The notes: a model not told the origin generated them from the letters alone. A DNA stretch of 63,482 bases, filler included, from Rhabdomonas costata (GCA_019059605.1; 49 parts of 49 records of this genome joined end to end with filler, not necessarily neighbours in it); one strand, 5' to 3'. Shown: positions 36,158 to 49,510, numbered from the whole stretch's first letter. Program-made: numbers and translations.

Positions 36158-37105
36158 GTACGTCTACACCACTTTGGTCCTAGGCGCGTGTCCGACCCCC
36201 TCGGACCGCGATCCCCCTGGGGACCTTCACCTCCACCCCCAACNNNNNNNNNNNNNNNNNNNNNNNNNNNNNNNNNNNNNNNNNNNNTTAATTAATTAAN
36301 NNNNNNNNNNNNNNNNNNNNNNNNNNNNNNNNNNNNNNNNNNNGGTGTTGGGTTGGAGAAGCTGATTGGGGTTTGTAGCTGTCCATTTCTCCACTTGGAG
36401 GTGGAGCTGGGCATGTGGACTTGAAACATATTACGTGTGTGTGTGTGTTACGTATTTCTATGCAGTTTTGATTCGGGAAACCAACTGTATCAATAGGCTC
36501 CAGGCTCCAATTGTCTGAAAAGATGCATGGTGCTTGGGGCTCCAACGCCTGGGGTGCTCCCGAGGATGCTCCCGAGGATCACGACCAGACGATACAGAAG
36601 CACAGCACAGCAGCCCGCATGTGTTTGTACTTTCTGGCTCCCGGTTTTCGTCATATTCAGATCCAGGTGACCCGCCGCAAAGTGCGTGTGTGTGCGTGGC
36701 TAGGGTTTCTTAGGGTTTCATTATGCAACAGTCCTTCTTGTTCCCTTCCTCCTCCCTTGTCTTCCCATTCTCTCTTCCCATTACTTCTCATTCGCACTCT
36801 TCGTCTAACGCTTCCCTTCTCTTGACGATTATCACCCTCAGCCCTCGCCACATTCATTTCTTTTCTGCGCTTGCCTGGCCTCCCCTCTTATTCGTTGCTT
36901 TTTATCTTTTCCCTCTACTCCATCAGCAGTGTGGATGTACTTTTCCTACTCCTGTGTGGATGTACTTTTCTTTTCCAATTGTGTGATATCTGCTATCTTT
37001 TGTGTCTTTTTGTCACAACTGCTTTTTGTGTTTATATCTGTAAGCGTTTCCTTCCCCTCCTTTTGGTTTTACCCTTTTATGAAGTGCTTGTGCACGCACG
37101 GTCAG

Positions 37106-37376
37106 ATCTGCGTGGTTGCCGTGCCGGGGCTGCAGCTAGACCTCTTCAGCCGGCACGCCGCCCGGGCCCTGCCCTCTCTGACCTCGGCCTGCCCCACGGC
37201 CTGCCCCACTCGGGCGGAGCTTAAGTCTCTGGTCCCCTTTGCCTTTGTGCGGGAGCTTGTGCTGCGCCAGAAGCCGCGGCCGCCAACGCCGCGCTCAGTT
37301 ACCCTCACCACGGCGCAGGCGATGACCATAGCCACTCAGATTGCGAAGCTGAAGAAGGATAAGGAGGAGAAGGACG
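37106..37376 (+). CDS. Internal exon of an unknown protein
   Basis: GC-rich frame after a long pyrimidine-rich intron and CAG; GT donor at 37377. Confidence 0.55.
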
Positions 37377-38100
37377 GTATCTCCGTGGGCTCCCAAGGAA
37401 GTCCTCAGGTCCAGCTCTGCTTTGGGGTGCTTCTTGTGTGTGGTTCTGGCGCTTATGGCCAGAAGCTCGACGAACTGGATCTCCTCTCTGTCTCCCTTTG
37501 GACCTTTTCCCAGATCAACTTGAGCTTCTGGCCACAAACACNNNNNNNNNNNNNNNNNNNNNNNNNNNNNNNNNNNNNNNNNNNNTTAATTAATTAANNN
37601 NNNNNNNNNNNNNNNNNNNNNNNNNNNNNNNNNNNNNNNNNGTTTTTTGGGGACGTTATTATCATAGCATGGGGGATAGGTAAATTCTGCCATTTTTCCT
37701 TAATGCATTTATTTTGGCAAAATGGGGTTAGGTGGGGTTAGCATTTTCTACCCTCTAGAAAGCCATGTTCTAATTTGAGCAGGGTTAGGAAATTTAATCG
37801 TTTAGCAGCGCTAAAAGTCTAAAGCGTCCCCCCCCTCTACCGCCACAACTACAAGAGGCCCTCCATTTGGGCATTTGGGCATTTGGACAGCAGGCTGCCG
37901 AGTATGCAAAAATGCATAAGGAGGAAAAGAAGCGTCAGTCGAAGGGATAACATCCAATATTTACATTTGGCCTGTCCCTTCAAAGAGTCGATCGGTTTAA
38001 AAACTACACATTCTCATCGCTTCAAACGGACGGGACAAGGAACCAATCGTGCTGTAGAGGCTGCAGAAGGTGAACGCAAAAGGCACCCTGAAGCACACAC

Positions 38101-38212
38101 CTACGATACCGACGATGCTCTCGATCTGGCTAAGGCGGCTTACGCCCGTGAACAGCCCGCGCCCCCCTCGGAACATCTTCGCCATGATGCATCCCACGGA
38201 CCAGATATCCAC
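38101..38212 (-). CDS. CMGC-group Ser/Thr kinase exon (subdomains IX-X)
   Basis: VDIWSVGCIMAKMFRGGRGLFTGVSRLSQIESIVGIV; CAG/GT borders. Confidence 0.88.
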
Positions 38213-38938
38213 CTGGGGTTTTGGGACCCAGTAGGCTTTGTTGAGGCAACTCAGAATGCCAGTGCAAGTGTGAAAAGTGGTTGGGAATGAAGGAAGGGAC
38301 GGGACGTGTTGGCTAGGGCACGATGAAATCGGTGTCGCAATTTGCTTTTGCTATTGTGCCGAGATCAGGGCTTTTTACTTCCTCTTCTTTAGGGAGAGGA
38401 GAGGTGAAAGCAAACTTGAAGTCAATGAGTCTGTATAGCATTCGGTTTACACTCCTGTCCACGAAGGAAGGGTGTGTCCTAGGTTCAGCGTTTGGCTGAG
38501 GGCGAAGGTGCCCGGTCTGGAGCCCAAGCGCCAAGGTTAGGTTAGGGCGTTGGCGCGGACGGCCGCCAGCTTGCAGGCGTTCGGCCAGCACCGGGCCATG
38601 CCGAGACAGATTCCGCGGCACAGTGGACCTCGGCCACAACTCTGATGACGCGTAGAATGACTGGAGGTCAGCAGGTGCGCCATTATTCAGGTGGGCGGAA
38701 CAGCGGCGCAGTTGGAGACACGGCTTAGGTGGACGCCACCACAAAGCCATGGCTGCGCTGAAAACACCACACATTCTCCAGGATTCTCCGGGAGAAATGG
38801 AATTGATGTCTCCCGCAGCGCCAGCACACAGGCCGCAANNNNNNNNNNNNNNNNNNNNNNNNNNNNNNNNNNNNNNNNNNNNTTAATTAATTAANNNNNN
38901 NNNNNNNNNNNNNNNNNNNNNNNNNNNNNNNNNNNNNN

Positions 38939-40135
38939 GGGTATCCTCCGATATCGGAGGCCCTCACTTGGGCCTTCAGCTCCGCCTTGGCCGTCTTCAT
39001 CGCCTCCAGCTTACTGACTGTGCGAGCTGTTGCGAGGCTACCGCTGTGCGGAGCTGCTGCGCCGCAGAAGATGCGGAAGGGGCTGCTGCTGCTGATCCAT
39101 TTGATGGGGTCTCCGGAATGAGATGAACTCAGAGGAAATGAAGGTCGATGCAACCAAAAGAAAGACACGCAAGCAAAGCGAAACAAAAAGCACGTCAAAA
39201 CTGAAAAGAGGCGACAGTGGTGACAGCGGTGACAGAGGTGCCTGGGTCGAGATCGACATGCATCCGGGACTAAGGCTCCATTCTTGTGAAGTCAGCAAGG
39301 ACGTTCGCACATCACCTAGGAATCCAAAAAGCTTTCGAGCCTTCGCGCTGTCTTTCGCGTTCTTTGCGGGAATTCCTTCCTGCAGGATGCTCACAGGTAT
39401 CTGGGCCGTTCGGAATCATGCTTTAGCCGATAAATGCCCCTTGCGCCCTACCAACCCTACAAACCAGACCCCGAAGACGATAGTAGCAAAAATGCAAGAA
39501 CGCAGTTTTGCTTGGGTTTGGGCCTGTCTTCAAGAATTGAAGGTGCCATGACATTCACTGCCATGAATGGGTGTGAGTGTGTGTGGAAACCATAGGCACC
39601 GTAGCAGCCCCAAAAGAACAAACGTTAAAGACCGTCCAAAACATCTCCATGCGTAAAATGCAGCATGTGACAACCAAACCCCGGGTAACAAAGCCGTGCG
39701 ACAAACCCAAAAATGCGAATGTTTCCTGTGTTTTCCTCAGTGACCAATAGCCTTGCGAGAAGTGAAGCTGCACCGCAACTACTACAAAGGGCGAACCGGT
39801 ATTCTCGGGAGGGGGACATTATAGCTTACAGAACAGAATGTTTTTTTTTGCCAAATATCTCTCCGTTTTGTCTCACAAGAAACCGCATGCAGGCTTCCGC
39901 ACAGATTGCTGATACTCCGTGTCCCGCTCACCCAGAACCTTCACCGGAAGACTTCGCGCCCTCTGCCTGGCGCTTTCGAAGCTCGGTGGAGCTGAGATCA
40001 AGCCGGAACTCCTCCTCCGTGAAGCCGACTCGGAAGAGGCTCTGGAAGAGCTCCTGCGGCAGGCCCTCTGGCACGGCCAGATCGGCGAGAGTCTCAAACC
40101 GGCCCTTCTCCAGCCGGCCTACCAGCCCACCCAAC
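38939..40135 (-). CDS. Two probable exons (~39932-40135 and ~38939-39112) of an unknown protein
   Basis: GC-rich frames GRFETLADLAVPEGLPQELFQSLFRVGF... (GTGAG donor) and DPIKWISSSSPFRIFC...KTAKAELKAQV. Confidence 0.45.
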
Positions 40136-40237
40136 NNNNNNNNNNNNNNNNNNNNNNNNNNNNNNNNNNNNNNNNNNNNTTAATTAATTAANNNNNNNNN
40201 NNNNNNNNNNNNNNNNNNNNNNNNNNNNNNNNNNNGG

Positions 40238-40400
40238 GGTGGCCTTTCCCGACTTTATAATGATAAAATGCAACCACTGGTAATATTTAACCCCCACCCC
40301 CTACCGAAACCTTCGGTGCAATTGATGTTTGAAGGAGGGGGGGGGGGTTAAATATTACCAGTGGTTGCATTTTATCATTATAAAGTCGGGAAAGGCCACC
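40238..40400. repeat. Terminal inverted repeat, ~58-bp arms; probable fold-back chimera
   Basis: 40238-40295 is the reverse complement of 40343-40400 and starts at the contig edge. Confidence 0.85.
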
Positions 40401-41912
40401 TCTCCGCCCCAGCCGCCCGCTCCGGTTCAGTAACTACCCACTGAAGCCGCGCTCACTGGCTGTTGCACTCGAATACCATTACTGTTGCGATTTTTATTAT
40501 GGCGTTTTCCTTGCATGTTTGAACCCGATGCAGGAATCGGAAGCAAAAGCGACCCTGATTCCCGGCGGTGCTCATCAGGAGAGATTGGGTGCTCGCCCAC
40601 CACTACCGCCGTGGCAGGGGACCTGCCCCCCCTGTGCGTCACGGCAGCCCTGCTGCGGGAACTGCGGGAGAACTCTCCAGCCGCCTCGCCCTCTGGCAAC
40701 AGGGCGTCACCCGCTAAAGGGATAGCGTGAGGAGGAATCAAAGGTGCGATTCGACCCCGGCAAAGTGCAAAAGACTTCTGTGAGTCCTGATGGAGAGGAG
40801 GGGGGGTGCTCCTGTGTGACCTGCTATTAATTCGCTGAACAACCAGATCGCAGCGAATGTGCGTCGTCCGCCGGTGGACAATACCTCCCCCCTTATAACT
40901 CTCTCTTCTGTATGTGTGTGCGAACGAGCCCAAAGGGAGCGCTCCGAGAGGAAAGGGAATGGTAGTGTCATTGTGGCTGTTCGCCGAACTCACCGCTGCT
41001 GCGATGAGTTCCTTCCTCCGATAGTGGTTTTTCGAACGCCGAGCGTGCTTCTGGATCCTTTTGGAAAGTTGGAGATTTTTGTAGCAGCATGCTCTTTGCT
41101 GTCCAGGAATCGGAGGGAAACCAGATCTGTGCTTTTTCTCTTCCCACACACCGCCTAGTGTCTGGTTCCCTGGCGGGCCATTGCCATGCCACTGCCACTG
41201 CCCCAGTCAATTCTGCACACCAGCCTTACTCCTGCATTCAAGTCGTCTTGCCTGCTTTGCCTGCCCCCCTCTCTCTCTCTTTTTTTTCTCAACCGGATGT
41301 CATGTATACTCTCGCATTGCCGCTGGTGTGCTTCCTTTCAATTCTGCCAATGTCCTCTCCCACGCGCCTCACCTTACTCGCTCATGGAAGTTTATCTCCG
41401 CCCTTTTTTCCGTCGGTTTGTACCCCCTCAAANNNNNNNNNNNNNNNNNNNNNNNNNNNNNNNNNNNNNNNNNNNNTTAATTAATTAANNNNNNNNNNNN
41501 NNNNNNNNNNNNNNNNNNNNNNNNNNNNNNNNTGTGTTTGTTAAAGCACGCACTCGTTCGCAAACCAACAAACAGGAGCACTGCAAAAAAAATGCCGGAA
41601 AACACATTTGCTGACCAAGCTGACACAGGCAAAAAGACACCCTTGAGTCAAACATACCCGGCCCAAAAGAGCAAAAAAAAATATGACCAATGTAAGCATT
41701 CTCAGCGCACTTTACTTCCGAAATCAGGGCCGGGGTGACAAACCATACGCGAGCTTACCATAAGAACCGCTCACATCCGAGCCGACAATGACAAGGTGAC
41801 ATAGAGGAGGGATCTTCAAGTAAAGCGGATAAAATGCTATTCGCACATCCCGACAAAAGGTTGCCGGTGGAATTGTGCTTGGCGCACGGCACGGAGAGAT
41901 GCCTGTGGTAAC

Positions 41913-42620
41913 GTCCGTGTGGCTAAGGAAGATGCCGACGCCCCGAAGGAAGGGCCGCCGCAAGCCCGCGACTTTGCGACTGGGGCCAACGGCCTGCAAG
42001 AAGGAGAAAGACGATCCACGGTTGGAGGTGGGATATTGAGCAACGCGGAAGCGGTGCAGAGAGGCAAGAAAATGGGGTCGAAGGACCACAAGACACACAC
42101 AAACATCTCGGCCAACTCTTGCAACTTTGGCTGATCACAGGAAACAAATTGAACTTCGAGATCTTGACCCCGGCCGAAACCACAAGCGGAAGGATGGGGG
42201 GGGGATTGAAAATGGGGGGTAGGCATGGGTGAGGCTGGCACACTCCTTGCCGGCGGCCAGCGACTGGATCCCCACCACAATAACCCGCTTCCCGGCCTGC
42301 ACCCGGTCACACAGGTATCGTTCCAAGTGCACCGTCAGGTGCCGGGGCAGTTCTCCTGAAGCGCAACACATCGTCTGTAGAACATCTTCCCATCTTCTAT
42401 GACAACCACAACCCCTTTTCACACGGTCCATCGTCCCTTAGAGGCCGGCCGAGGTTGCGTGGGGCACACACCCATAGGTGTCGTGTGCACTTTAGCCCTT
42501 TGCCATACCCGTAGGAACCTTCTCCGGGAGCTCCTGCAGCTTCACAAACTGCTGGTCCACGTAAGTGCACATTGCCGGTATGATCTGGTAGGGGTTCTTC
42601 TGGCACCGCTCCGCCCCCGT
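41913..42620 (-). CDS. MCM5: DNA replication licensing factor MCM5; exons 42509-42620, 42244-42355, ~41913-41979
   Basis: CQKNPYQIIPAMCTYVDQQFVKLQELPEKVPT-GELPRHLTVHLERYLCDRVQAGKRVIVVGI...VAGLRRPFLRGVGI; junction phases are consistent. Confidence 0.88.
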
Positions 42621-43611
42621 CTGTGACGAGCTCACGCAGGCCGGCGGGGGCTGGACCTAAAGGCACCCAGAAACCTATAATACCACCAGTCCCAGGTACA
42701 ACATCGCTCGAAAGGTTTACCAACAACANNNNNNNNNNNNNNNNNNNNNNNNNNNNNNNNNNNNNNNNNNNNTTAATTAATTAANNNNNNNNNNNNNNNN
42801 NNNNNNNNNNNNNNNNNNNNNNNNNNNNGGTTGTTTGTGGCATCTGATCGGGTTTGAGAAGCTGTTGGTGGAGGAGGAACTGCCATTACCCTGCAGGAGC
42901 CCTGCGAAGACACTGCTTTTGGGGTGGCGTGAGCAGGGTTGCGGTCGTGCACAATCGATCGAGATAGCTGGTGTTTGATTCCGCGTTTCGACCGTTTTCT
43001 AACGTGTCCAAATAGATTCATGTGTAACAGCTGAAGGGAATGCAAATTGGTATTAAGCCAAAAGGCAGGTGGGGTTTAATTTGTGCAGGGCAAAATTAGT
43101 TCTTGAACATGCAATGCACCTGTTCGGGGGATAGAGTGGAGGAATCAAAGGCCAAGTTGGCTTTTGATCGACACATGCTTTCTGGTGTATTGGTTTGACA
43201 GTGGGATCATCCGCCAAGCTCCATCCCGAGGCACCTTCAACCGCTGACAAGGCTATAGACAAATGTTGAGCTTCGCAGTGACAGCACTCCGCTCTCTCCT
43301 GAACTATAGAGGCCGCGATTGTGTGGAACGGAGCGTCGTGGGCCACCCTCCACTTTGTTTCGTCTCTCCATCACCACACGTTGCACGGGCGGAAAGCTTA
43401 GCACCAACTCCGTGATGCATTTTGATATCGCGTTCTCGCATTTAGGTATGCACTCTGTTTCTCTGTGACCTTTTTGGTGCCCCTTCTGTAAATTTAGAAA
43501 CCAGTAGTTGCTCCGACTCGGTGTTGGACTTGAGTATAGAAAACAACACTAAGTGGGGTCAAATAATAAAAGAAAGCCAAACGGCCCGCTCATATACATC
43601 CGGCACCTGTG

Positions 43612-43833
43612 ATGGCAGTGTGGCCGGAAGTCCGGCTGCTCCTGCGGCTGGCCGCGCCCCCGGCGGCGACTTACCTGCTGTTCTACGCCACGCAGGTCAT
43701 CACCTTCATGGCGGTGTCGCGGCTGGGCACCCTGGCCACAGCTGGCGTTGCCTTGGGCATGATGACGATCGACCTGACAGGCTTCGCGGTCGCGATCGGG
43801 CTGTTAGCAGGGGTGGATACATTGGGTGCTCAG
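43612..43833 (+). CDS. MATE (SLC47-like) efflux transporter, N-terminal exon
   Basis: EVRLLLRLAAP...FMAVSRLGTLATAGVALG...TGFAVAIGLLAGVDTLGAQ. Confidence 0.9.
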
Positions 43834-45781
43834 GTTGCTTTGACCTACCTGCCTGTGGTTCTTGGACGTGCTTGTATGCTGGGCATCATTGTTTTTGTGG
43901 GTGACTAAGTCGTCGGCATGAGAGATGAGGGGGATTGCTGAGCACCTCTTCTGTCCTTTGACACCCGTGATGCAGCATGAGCACCGTTTCTTCAGAAAAT
44001 CGGTTCTCATTCTATGACCAACAACNNNNNNNNNNNNNNNNNNNNNNNNNNNNNNNNNNNNNNNNNNNNTTAATTAATTAANNNNNNNNNNNNNNNNNNN
44101 NNNNNNNNNNNNNNNNNNNNNNNNNTGTTTGTGTGATAGCCTTTTCTTGATAACGGACTGAATTCAGGGTGCCTTTGGCAGCTCTGCGGATGGTTGTGCA
44201 AGCATGTTTTCATAATGGCCGGGCTTGGGTGCTTGGGTGCGGATGCCTTTGTCCCTGGGATTCGAACAGGAAAATTTGTATGTAGTAAGGAGGCGATGCA
44301 CGGGCGCCCAAGTCTTGGATAGGGAGAGCAGCATACATAGTTGTTCGAGATCCTAGGTGCTTTATAACTGGCCTATTGAACATATAGTTTGCATCAACAG
44401 TGCTGGTTAGGGGGCACTCCACACCCACAAACACACATGACTCCCCTAGAACTCCTCTTTTTCTGGCGTGTGTTTGTCCTGTTTTCCAATTGCCTTTCAG
44501 GGAACGCCGTTCATGGGTGCGCCGCTCCCCGCTCCCTGGGAGGGGATCCCTGGACCCCCCTCAGGACCTGCAGTTCTCTTCTCAGAGGTCTCAACACCTC
44601 CCCCCAACCCATTCCCCATTCCTTCATTTTGGGCCTCCCTGCACTTTCCCGTGTTTTGTTCTTTTTCGATGGTGTTGCTGTGCGTCTCGTGAAAAAGGCC
44701 TCTGCACCTGTGCGGGATGTGCGGTACTCTTAGAGCTCCTCGAATTCTCTTTTCCAAGCCCCGGTACTCGATCCTCGGGGAGGCCAGGTTGGTGCAACAG
44801 ATGATGTAACAGAAAGAGAATAGGTCTTCACATCGGAGGGGAACTGGTGCCTGCGTAGAACTGTCCCATCGAGAGGAGGGAAGAGAAAAAAGTGGGTATG
44901 TGAAGGTCTGACATTTTGGGGATGAGAATGTGAGAATGGGCTCAGATGGGGAGAAAAAGCAGAAGCAGGAATACACAAGGGGTCCAACAAACAAGGAGGA
45001 GGTTTCAATGGGGCATAGCTCGCACGCTGGGGATGAATAAACCTCAGGGGGGCTAGCAGAGCAAAGGGCAAGGGGGAGAATAACTGCCGCTTCGCCAGAA
45101 CCGCTTCTAACCAAAAGCCTAAGAATATCCAGAAGTATCCATTCCTTCATACAAACTCGAAAATCAATTGTCTCGAAAATTTTCGAAATAGAATTCGATT
45201 CTTTTCTAAAAAAAATTTCGAAAAGGGAAGGGGGGAAGGCGCCTACACCAAAATCCGGACTCTTAGGGAAGGGGTGGTGGTGCAAAGAGGGAAATCCCGA
45301 CTCTCAAGGACGCACACACCCACNNNNNNNNNNNNNNNNNNNNNNNNNNNNNNNNNNNNNNNNNNNNTTAATTAATTAANNNNNNNNNNNNNNNNNNNNN
45401 NNNNNNNNNNNNNNNNNNNNNNNTTTTGGTGGTAGGAAATTACTCGAGCAAACAGATATGCAACCGTTAGGGAATGAATGGCCCCATCGGTTCGACCACG
45501 GGGGATTCTAAAGGAAAGTCTTTGTTTGCCCATATTTTTGGGATTCATCTGACCGCATGAAAAACGATGACGGCACCACCCCATCCGCCACAAAACGCAC
45601 TCAGCAACTCAACCAAGCCAGCCGAGCACCAAAGTATGGCAATGACAAAAAGAGCATCCCACCATCTCGCTCACAGCCAAGACGCAGAAACAAAAGTACA
45701 GAGGAGTGCAGCGCATTCGTGTTTTGTGAATTTGCGCGTGGCCAAGAGCGCTCCTTCTGCCTTTTTCCCTTGTCTCCTGTC

Positions 45782-46554
45782 TTACTTGGACTCCTTCTCC
45801 TTGGCGGCCTTCTCCTCGCGCTTCTTGTGGCGCTTGTGGCGGATGTGGATGAGCTTCTGGTCACGCTGCACCTTGCGCAGGAAGTAGAAGATGTGCCGGT
45901 GCTTCTCCTGCTCCGTCATCTTGCGAGGCTCCTCAAAAACGGGCTCGGGCTGGTACCGAATCGGCCCTTTCTGAAAATGGCAAAGCAAAATCCCCAGGCC
46001 AAAGGGCGGTTACAACAGCTACACCGTCGGCTATCTTCTCCGCCCCGCGGTTACAGTCATGAAATGCTTCACAGGGTGTGCCTTGCGTTTGCTGACGGGT
46101 CTTCCAGGCTGCAGGAACGAGGAGACAGCCGTAACCATGCTATGGTTACTGCAAGCTGCAGCTGCAGCAAATCAAACACAGATGTTAACTTCAGCGCTAT
46201 TCCGCAAAGACATGAGACATTTGGTCGGTGTTGCTCATGGCAAAGCGTTCACCATTTGGAGCAAAAAAACCTCTTTAAAAACCGCAACTCTTCGTATCCA
46301 CCCAAAAATGGCAGGAAACGGAAGGGAATGCTTTAGGGGGCATCTGCACCCACACAAACATTAACCGCGCCACCAGAGAGGTGCCAAAAAGTATTTGAGG
46401 CGAGTACCTGCCGGCGGTTCTGTGAGATCACTCGGGCGCGAATTTTGGCCGGGGCAAACTTCTCAGTCTTCTTGTTGGGCTTGTAGGGGTTGCTGGGGAA
46501 CAGAACCAAGTGCTTGAGGTACTTCTTCAGCCGAGCAACATTCCGGTCCAGGTG
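45782..46554 (-). CDS. RPL13: 60S ribosomal protein eL13 (L13e) C-terminal half; exons 46408-46554 and 45782-45970
   Basis: LDRNVARLKKYLKHLVLFP and RKMTEQEKHRHIFYFLRKVQRDQKLIHIRHKR...K* align with eL13 'NVQRLKEY.SKLILFP...TEEEK...F..LR..R....L.GIR.KR'. Confidence 0.85.
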
Positions 46555-46899
46555 CTGACAAAACATGAGTGCATCCACCAGGTTATGCAGGTTATGGTTC
46601 ATCAGCAGAAGGCAAATGAANNNNNNNNNNNNNNNNNNNNNNNNNNNNNNNNNNNNNNNNNNNNTTAATTAATTAANNNNNNNNNNNNNNNNNNNNNNNN
46701 NNNNNNNNNNNNNNNNNNNNTTTTTTGTGACGCGGCGGAGATTGTCCCAATGGGCACCATATGGCATTCAAAATCTTCTCCGCCACCCAATGTGTCAGTT
46801 TGGTAAAGCTCCTTGTTCCACCTGAACGCGGACGGGCCGCCAGCGCCAACCCGGCATCACGGCGTGGTCTTTCGTCTTTTTGCGCGGCCATTTGCTGAA

Positions 46900-47110
46900 G
46901 AATCCTACATCCTACATCCCGGACATCATCTGGACAAGATCCAGGCCCGCTTGTCAAACGGGACGATTCCATTGAGCAACCTACACGGCGAAGTCACCGG
47001 GGAAGAGGCCGACAAGCTGATAGACCGACTCGTCCCGGGCACCGCTCCCGGAACGTCTGGGCTCGGGGCAGATCACCTCCACAAGGTAGCCAGTAGAACC
47101 CTGGGACGCA
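46900..47110 (+). mobile_element. Non-LTR retrotransposon RT-like fragment (pre-RT/domain 0 motif)
   Basis: EVTGEEADKLIDRLVPGTAPGTSGLGADHLHK resembles the LINE motif 'T.EE....I..L...KAPG.(D/S)G...EHLK'. Confidence 0.55.
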
Positions 47111-49314
47111 AAACGCAAAGAATACCGGGTTTTGAAGGTTACATGTTGCTCCTTTGTTGCCGAACCGGTGCTGTGGACCATTTCGTTCCTGCTGTTTCAT
47201 TTTTACTTGATATAAATTAAATGTTTGGGTATTCTTTCGGTCACCACATCCACTATATACTCTTAGGATGCGTTTACCAGAGGAGTCCAGATACACTACA
47301 TAATTTAAACAAAACCACCCAATCAACAAAGACAGAAAGCACGGCATAAATGGCTCATCGCAGTGGCAAAGAAGGAGCTGGAGACCCTGGAACTCGGAAA
47401 TACGGCGTCGTAAGCATTGACTGCACTGCCACACGTATGGCACGAAAAATAACCAGCAAAGCGCGAAGGCCAAGTGGAATGCCACAAAGAAAACGTATTT
47501 ACGATGAACATGGCAAGAGGCTAAAGAGTGACGAAGCAAAGCCAAAACGTGTTGGCGATGAATATTTGGAACTGTAGTGGTAGTGAATTGGGGCGTGCAC
47601 CGTTCCATTGGCTTCCAGTGCGACAACGCGTTGCGACACCTTGGCTTAATGTTTCTTCTTTGTGATCAACTGTACACGGCATGTACTAAGAAACCTAAGG
47701 AAATATTGGAGATTCGAGGGAAAGACATTGTACTTCAGTTTCTGGTGGCGCTAAATAAAACACCCTCTATAAAAGGCACAACTGCACAAGAGCAAGCAGT
47801 ATATGAAGGGCTGACGTGACTGTTTAGCACACCCGTCTGAGCGGAGGACGCACATGACGGAATTGACAATCATGCAGTTTTTGCACACAAAAACCCCGTC
47901 AAGTAGCTAAAGACCAGNNNNNNNNNNNNNNNNNNNNNNNNNNNNNNNNNNNNNNNNNNNNTTAATTAATTAANNNNNNNNNNNNNNNNNNNNNNNNNNN
48001 NNNNNNNNNNNNNNNNNTGTTTGGATGTTTTGTTGGTTCACTGTCGTGTATGAAATGCGTGAAGTTTCCAAAGTGATTCCTGTAACGGGGATGCAAGTTG
48101 CTGGCATGCAGTGCATGTCTTTGGTGCTTTTTGGAGTGGGAGATTGAGCCAAAGTGCTTTCCCTCTTCGCTCTTTTTTTGCCCCCTTGATTGGCTTTGGC
48201 TTTGGTTTTTCTCTTCACTTGAGGAGTTTCATGTGCTGGCGTTGGGTTTGCGGGTGGGTCCGTTTCTGTGTGTTTGGGAGTGGGGACTTGAGCAGGAGGT
48301 AGGGTTTCTGCTGTGCTCGTGGTTAGGCGTGGAGCACATCGCATAGCCCGAGAAACATTGGAATCTTTGTAGAGTATGCGTTTCTACTTCTTCTTGCGTT
48401 TCTCCTTGTTCGATGTCATTTGGGGGAGGCTTTGATTGGCCGGTAGGAAAATTGCTGTTTCCTCTAACAACATGGGAGATTTACATTGGGTCCGTGGGCT
48501 TCCGACAAGACGATTTGCTTTACCTGCGCATTGTATTTCCCCAGATAATTTGAATTTTTATTTGGAGAACTTTGCGTTCCTCTATGCTCGGAGCCGAATG
48601 TCGCCCACAGGTCCTCAGGGAACCCAGGATTAATTGGGGATGGATCGATCGATCCATCGATGTTTCATTCGTGGACGATAGATGAGGGCATGCCAATGAT
48701 CTGTGCGAAAATGGATCCCGCCGCAGCAACCTTTTCAGACCAATTTAACAGTGCAGACCCAATATTGGCGTTCTGGAAGGGTCAAAGGCGCTGCCTTCAA
48801 GAACATAATAATCGTAGCCGTGAAGTCGCGTCTCCTAGGCTGCGTGCAGTGCTGCCCGTGCTTGGTTGGCATCGATACCGACCTCCTTTATGGCGCTATC
48901 CGGCTCTGGGTCACAAGTACCGTCAGGCGGGATGCGTTTTCCTTTTTCTCTGATCGACACGTGCACACCGTTCACTAGTGTTGTTTTTAAAAGCAAAAAT
49001 TGAGAAAATTAAACCGAACTGCTGAATGGGGTAGGCTAGCACTGAACTGTAATTTTTTACCTTTCACCTCGTTGTGTGGAATTGAATTGAACTCCTTCTA
49101 CCAACCCCTTCTAAACGAACGAGCTGCAAAAGAAACCTTTCCCATCAAGCGCGCTAACTCTCAAGACCATAAGCAGCATCACACACACCATCACCATCAC
49201 ACATACACCACACCNNNNNNNNNNNNNNNNNNNNNNNNNNNNNNNNNNNNNNNNNNNNTTAATTAATTAANNNNNNNNNNNNNNNNNNNNNNNNNNNNNN
49301 NNNNNNNNNNNNNN

Positions 49315-49510
49315 GTTGGTGGGTATCCTGGAAGCTCTTTCCCTCACCCTTTTTCCTCCCCGGTTTCTTTGTGTCCTTTTATCGAATCACTTCATGCTCT
49401 TCTTTTGCAAGTAAAGCGCGTTAGCAACAACAGAGATCCGGCGTTTTCATCTTGAAAGAAACCGGGGAGGAAAAAGGGTGAGGGAAAGAGCTTCCAGGAT
49501 GCCCACCAGC
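49315..49510. repeat. Terminal inverted repeat, ~56-bp arms; probable fold-back chimera
   Basis: 49315-49370 pairs with 49455-49510; the only mismatches are C-to-T changes in the outermost 10 nt. Confidence 0.85.

Noticed and set aside
40427..41149. 240-aa minus-strand ORF
   Set aside because: Probably a chance read-through of intron plus a low-complexity GC-rich segment; frame and strand are ambiguous
41980..42243. Apparent non-canonical intron in MCM5 (first AG gives a phase clash)
   Set aside because: A second AG (CCCCAG, ending at 41980) restores the frame with an ordinary GT-AG intron
44497..45285. 262-aa minus-strand ORF
   Set aside because: No recognisable domain, no clear splice borders and pyrimidine-skewed low-information composition; left unannotated
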